A stretch of 64,000 bases of DNA. It comes from Pelagomonas calceolata (lineage: Eukaryota). The stretch covers positions 4,340,001 to 4,404,000 of the forward strand of contig CAKKNE010000001.1 of the NCBI GenBank assembly GCA_918797485.1, in the 5' to 3' direction. Of this stretch, positions 60,148 to 64,000 are shown piece after piece (within the stretch, counting starts at the first letter, position 1; each line of letters starts with the position of its first letter). Position numbers and translations under genes: made by a program. A model generated the notes under the pieces. The model was not told the DNA's origin. It ran no database searches and saw nothing but the letters and a program-made list of their open reading frames with translations.

Positions 60148-60954
60148 TTAGCGCCCCACCAACCGCCCCGCCAACGAGAAAGCCGCGCTCTCGGACAGCA
60201 CGAGATGGTCGCGGCGCAGGATGTCGTAGACGTTCGCGCCGATCTGCGGCAGCGCGTCGACGCGCGGCGCGTTCGCGACGGCCCGCCGCAGGCCCTCCTC
60301 GATGACGTCGTCGACGAACAGCGCCGAGGCCATGTCCCGCTTCCGCAGGGCCGCGGCCACGACCCGCGTGCGCGGCTCCACATTTAATGAAGGCACGACG
60401 GTCAACCTCCCTTCCCTTAGCTTCTGCGAGAGGACAACTCTCAACGCCATCTTGCGCTGGCGTCGATTGAACGAAGTAGCGAAGTCGCGACGCGTCGGCC
60501 CGTGCGCCTTGCCGCCGCCTCTCCTAATAGGTGCCCGCGCGCTCCCCACGCGAGCCCGCCCCGTGCCCTTCTGCTTGTAGAGTTTCCGCGTGCTCCCTCT
60601 GACATCGCCCCGCCGCTTCGAGGCCCGGTGGATTTGCCTCCTATTATTCCGCTGCCATTTCACGCAATCGTGGACGATATCCCGCCGGAACGGCTCGCCG
60701 AAGACGGCCGCCGGCAGCGCGCAGACGCCATTAGTCGCGCTGTCCTCAGTGAAGAAGTCCGCCTCGACCCAGACGTTCAGCGTGTCTCCGTCAAGGTCCC
60801 AGTTCTTGCGCGGCGGCGGCGCGGGCGGCGGCGGCGGCTCGGCGAGCGTCAGGTTGGCCGGTGCGGCCGAGAAGAGGCGCGGGTGGAGTGTAGGGGTGCG
60901 TCGCGTCGCCGTGAGCGCGCGCGCGCCGACGGCGCGCGCCCGTAGCAGCATCAT
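60148..60954 (-). CDS. MRPL4: Mitochondrial ribosomal protein uL4m
   Basis: RRDIVH..VKWQ, RGDVRGSTRKLYKQKGTGRARVGSARAPIRRGGGKAHGP and GANVYDILRRDHLV. Arg-rich presequence. Confidence 0.92.
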   Translation of the reverse strand: MMLLRARAVGARALTATRRTPTLHPRLFSAAPANLTLAEPPPPPAPPPRKNWDLDGDTLNVWVEADFFTEDSATNGVCALPAAVFGEPFRRDIVHDCVKWQRNNRRQIHRASKRRGDVRGSTRKLYKQKGTGRARVGSARAPIRRGGGKAHGPTRRDFATSFNRRQRKMALRVVLSQKLREGRLTVVPSLNVEPRTRVVAAALRKRDMASALFVDDVIEEGLRRAVANAPRVDALPQIGANVYDILRRDHLVLSESAAFSLAGRLVGR

Positions 60955-61307
60955 AGTGGTCGCTGAGGGCAGTGAAGGTGGCAAAGGGGCGTCGCAGCGA
61001 TGGCGTGCGGTGAAGCAGCCACTGTGGCTGTGCAGCAGTGGTCAAAGAGAATTCCTAGGGGCTTGCGCAGCTTCGCCAACGCAACATATAGCTTGTCGGG
61101 CCTGGTCCGCTAGCGCCTTTGTTGCGCTAGCTCGCAGTCGAGCGCGCGCGGGCTTGAAACGACGCGCTACGGGCAGCGGTTGATCCACCACGGGAGTCAC
61201 AGCGAACTCACAGTCCACGCATACCAAAAGTTGCCGCTCGATTCGACGCGATATTCGTGTTTCAGTGCCAACTGCAGTGCCAGCACAAAAGTGCCAGCCA
61301 TACAAGG

Positions 61308-62525
61308 ATGGCCAAGAAGCGCAAGTCCCAGGGCCAGGGCGGCAAGTCCACGAAGGAGGCGAAGAAGCGTTCGAGAGCGAAATCCAAAAAGCACGCTTTA
61401 CGAAGCGCCACGTACGCCGTTAAGAAGCTGATAGACTCCGCCTTGGCCGAGGGCCAGCCGCAAAACGCTGTCGACCCCGAGGCGCAACAGCGGCGCAAGA
61501 AGAAGTCCATCAGGAGGGCGGCCGCCGCGACGGCGCGGCTCGTCGAGGCGGCCGTCGCCGAGGACGTCGAGGGGAGGCGTAGGCGGTCGCACGAAACGAA
61601 CCAGATGGAGGACGAGAGCGATTCTGATGAGAGCGACGAAGCGCAGGACGCCGCGGCGGCCCTGGCGCCGTTTGTTGGGAGGGGTTTGGCTGGCGCTATT
61701 GACGAGACACTACGAACAACAAGAGACGAGGCCCAGTCCCTGGCTTTGCTGGAAGGCGCTACCTTAAATGCCGAGGATAGTGATGATGCGGCGCCTACCT
61801 ACTTGGAGGACGCCTTCTCCCAGCAGGGCGGCGAGTTCGTCGACGAATCTAGTGAGAGATGGGCCGAGTTCTGGGCGTCGTCGCCGTCCGTCGTCGGCGT
61901 CGACGCCGAGGGCACGCACTTCTCTCCTCCCTTATTAGTGCAGATTGCGGCGGACACGATGAGAGGTAGGGTGTTGTTATGCGCGCCGGGCAATTCTATA
62001 AGTCCGGATTTACAAAGGCTCATGGGCGATGCCGACATCCGCAAGGCCTTCTTCGGCGATCCTCGACGAGAACGCCTGGGCTGCGCCATCCGAAATGGTG
62101 TGGATACGCAAGTCGCGGAACGAGCGTCTTCCGGGCTAGAGGGCGACGCGCCGCAGCGCGGCCTCGCCGACGTCTGCGGGCGGCTCCTGCAGGGCGCGCC
62201 CTACGCCAAGAGGAAACGGCTGCAGAAGTCCTTCGGCTTCTACCGGCAGCGCGCGGAGGCCTCGCTGCGCCACAGCCGCCACTGGCTGTCCACGGACCAG
62301 CGGCGCTACGCGGCGGCGGACGCGTGGGCGACGCTGGCGGTCTATAAAAAGCTGGAGACTTGCGGGGCGACGTTCGAGCTCCACGACGTCGCGGCGGAGG
62401 CGCCGTCGCCGGACCGGCAGCGCGGGCGGCCCGTCGCCCACACGTCGCGCGCCGACGACCTGCGGGCGTTTGTTAATAGAAGCCTCGCCGGCCAGACCGG
62501 GACGCATACACGTTTCAATGAGTAA
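61308..62525 (+). CDS. DEDDy-type 3'-5' exonuclease-domain protein (WRN/EXD-like) with a basic N-terminus
   Basis: ExoI VVGVDAEG, LVQIA, GLADVC and ExoIII LSTDQRRYAAADAWAT. Confidence 0.78.
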   Translation: MAKKRKSQGQGGKSTKEAKKRSRAKSKKHALRSATYAVKKLIDSALAEGQPQNAVDPEAQQRRKKKSIRRAAAATARLVEAAVAEDVEGRRRRSHETNQMEDESDSDESDEAQDAAAALAPFVGRGLAGAIDETLRTTRDEAQSLALLEGATLNAEDSDDAAPTYLEDAFSQQGGEFVDESSERWAEFWASSPSVVGVDAEGTHFSPPLLVQIAADTMRGRVLLCAPGNSISPDLQRLMGDADIRKAFFGDPRRERLGCAIRNGVDTQVAERASSGLEGDAPQRGLADVCGRLLQGAPYAKRKRLQKSFGFYRQRAEASLRHSRHWLSTDQRRYAAADAWATLAVYKKLETCGATFELHDVAAEAPSPDRQRGRPVAHTSRADDLRAFVNRSLAGQTGTHTRFNE

Positions 62526-62544
62526 AGAACAACTGTTGACTTAA

Positions 62545-64000
62545 TCACATGACGAGCCGCATGAGCGCCTCCTCGAGCTCCTCCGGCGGCACCCCCGCGT
62601 CAATTTGCCTCTGGAAGTCAGCTCTCAGGTCCGGCGGGAGCTGTGCCAGGATCTCCCCCACAACATCACCACCACCACCTCCACCCCGGAACACGACGCG
62701 GCCCTGCTGCTGCTGTTGCGCGCGCTGATAAGCCTCAACAGTCAACAACGAATCATCAAACCCCTCGGCGGCGTCGGGCCCGAGCTGCGGGAGGTCGTCG
62801 GCGAAGACTTCGACCGGCACGCGCGCGTACTTCACGAGCGCCGTCCGCGACCACGCGGCGTCGACGACCGCCAGCGTTTGCGTGGAGGCCTTGCCGGGCC
62901 CCAGCCGCTTGATGAGTGCCGCGGCGCCGTCGTGGAGCAATTTCAGAGCGTCCGGCTCGGCCCACAATTTTCTCCCCCTGATACACGCGGCGTCCAACGC
63001 GAGCTCGTATGCGCCCACGGCGTAGGCCTGGGCTAAGCAATTTCTACGTGTCTGCTTCCGGAAGTGCTCGTGCAGCACGACCTCGCGGAAATCATAAGAA
63101 GTCGTGAAGTCCTGGTTCGGGTTCACGCCGCACGCGCCGAGCATGTTCGTCAGGAGGTGAGGATGTGCTGCTAACGCATCAGCGACGGCGTTCACCGCCC
63201 TGGTTCTTTTTGCTTTGCGGTCACCCGGCACTCTCAACAAAGCTAGCGCCCTATTTAACGCGAGGCCCGGCAGTAATCTTGTACTAGAATCGTGCGTGAC
63301 GTGCGGTGACATGTGTTTACGTGGCGCATCGTCAAACACGTCGGCCGGCGGCATGGATACTACAGTGAGCGGACTCTCGAACAAAGCCAGGACCGCTTCG
63401 GCGTCGCCCGCCTGCAGTAAATCCGCGTCCAACCTCAACAAAACGCCGCAGGGGTCGCCCCACGGATCCAGCGCGAGCAGGAAGCGTAGTAAATTCGCCG
63501 CCGTCTCCGGCGCGCCGCTCGACGATGCCACTCTAGCTCGGACATGCAAAGCCTTGAAGAATAGTGCTGACTCGCCGGCACAAGCATCAACACGTAATTT
63601 GACGCTCTTGACCAAATCTCTAGTTCGCTCGGAGCCCGCGTTGAGCGCGACCTCGTACGCCGTCGTCGCTCGCCGCAGAAGCGGCTCGGCGAGCTCCTTG
63701 CGCCCGACGCGGAGCGCAAAGGTCGCCAATGCTACGAGGGGCGGCGCGTGGTACGGCCGTTCGGCGACGCGCTGGGCGAGGTAGTTCGGGTCACCCGCGG
63801 TCGACTCGGCGGTAGCTTGGGCGTAGGCGTCGGAGGCCTCGAAGACGTGCCACTGTTCGTGCGGCCGCGCCCGGCCGGGACTCCGTTTGACGCAGCGCAG
63901 GCCGCCCTTGCCGTAGGTCGGAGCTATGCCGTAGCCGTCGGGCGGCGCGCCGAGCAGGCTCCGTCTTGTTTGTAAGCCGCGCCGCTTGCCGACGCTCGAG
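62545..64000 (-). CDS. TCF25: TCF25/Rqc1 (ribosome quality control) protein, 5' end outside the window
   Basis: DPNYL....RPYHAPPLVALA and ETAANLLRFLLALDPWGDPCGVLLRLD. The frame is open to the window edge, upstream of the ORF-track start. Confidence 0.78.
   Translation of the reverse strand, partial: SSVGKRRGLQTRRSLLGAPPDGYGIAPTYGKGGLRCVKRSPGRARPHEQWHVFEASDAYAQATAESTAGDPNYLAQRVAERPYHAPPLVALATFALRVGRKELAEPLLRRATTAYEVALNAGSERTRDLVKSVKLRVDACAGESALFFKALHVRARVASSSGAPETAANLLRFLLALDPWGDPCGVLLRLDADLLQAGDAEAVLALFESPLTVVSMPPADVFDDAPRKHMSPHVTHDSSTRLLPGLALNRALALLRVPGDRKAKRTRAVNAVADALAAHPHLLTNMLGACGVNPNQDFTTSYDFREVVLHEHFRKQTRRNCLAQAYAVGAYELALDAACIRGRKLWAEPDALKLLHDGAAALIKRLGPGKASTQTLAVVDAAWSRTALVKYARVPVEVFADDLPQLGPDAAEGFDDSLLTVEAYQRAQQQQQGRVVFRGGGGGGDVVGEILAQLPPDLRADFQRQIDAGVPPEELEEALMRLVM

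Overview
Gene-dense, GC-rich eukaryotic nuclear DNA from a photosynthetic stramenopile. Bipartite 'A-F' plastid presequences, an LHCX antenna gene, a ciliary B9 gene and TIR/8-bp-TSD 'introner' introns point to a pelagophyte such as Pelagomonas; this is inference, no search was run. About 40 mostly intronless protein genes are present, including tandem PDH E1-alpha paralogs, SQD2, a GH2 beta-glucuronidase, LHCX, a TPC channel, WDR74, B9D2, uL4m and TCF25. Eight host-gene introns could be resolved by reading-frame restoration, and most derive from a MITE-like introner family at different stages of decay. The most striking feature is a 7,561-bp DNA transposon (46976-54536) with perfect 29-bp TIRs and a CACAAGG target duplication. 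It carries two divergent genes that appear to divide a hAT-like DDE catalytic core between them: the first Asp strand lies on the minus-strand gene, while the second Asp, CxxH, TRW and Glu lie on the spliced plus-strand gene behind a ubiquitin-like domain. Other notable items are an XH-domain protein (plant RdDM IDN2/FDM type), a membrane-anchored phytocyanin with a Cu/Zn-SOD-like domain inserted into it, an LHCX with an LHCSR3-like acidic tail, and a 12-bp motif (CTAGTGTCTTAC) found five times, always upstream of genes.
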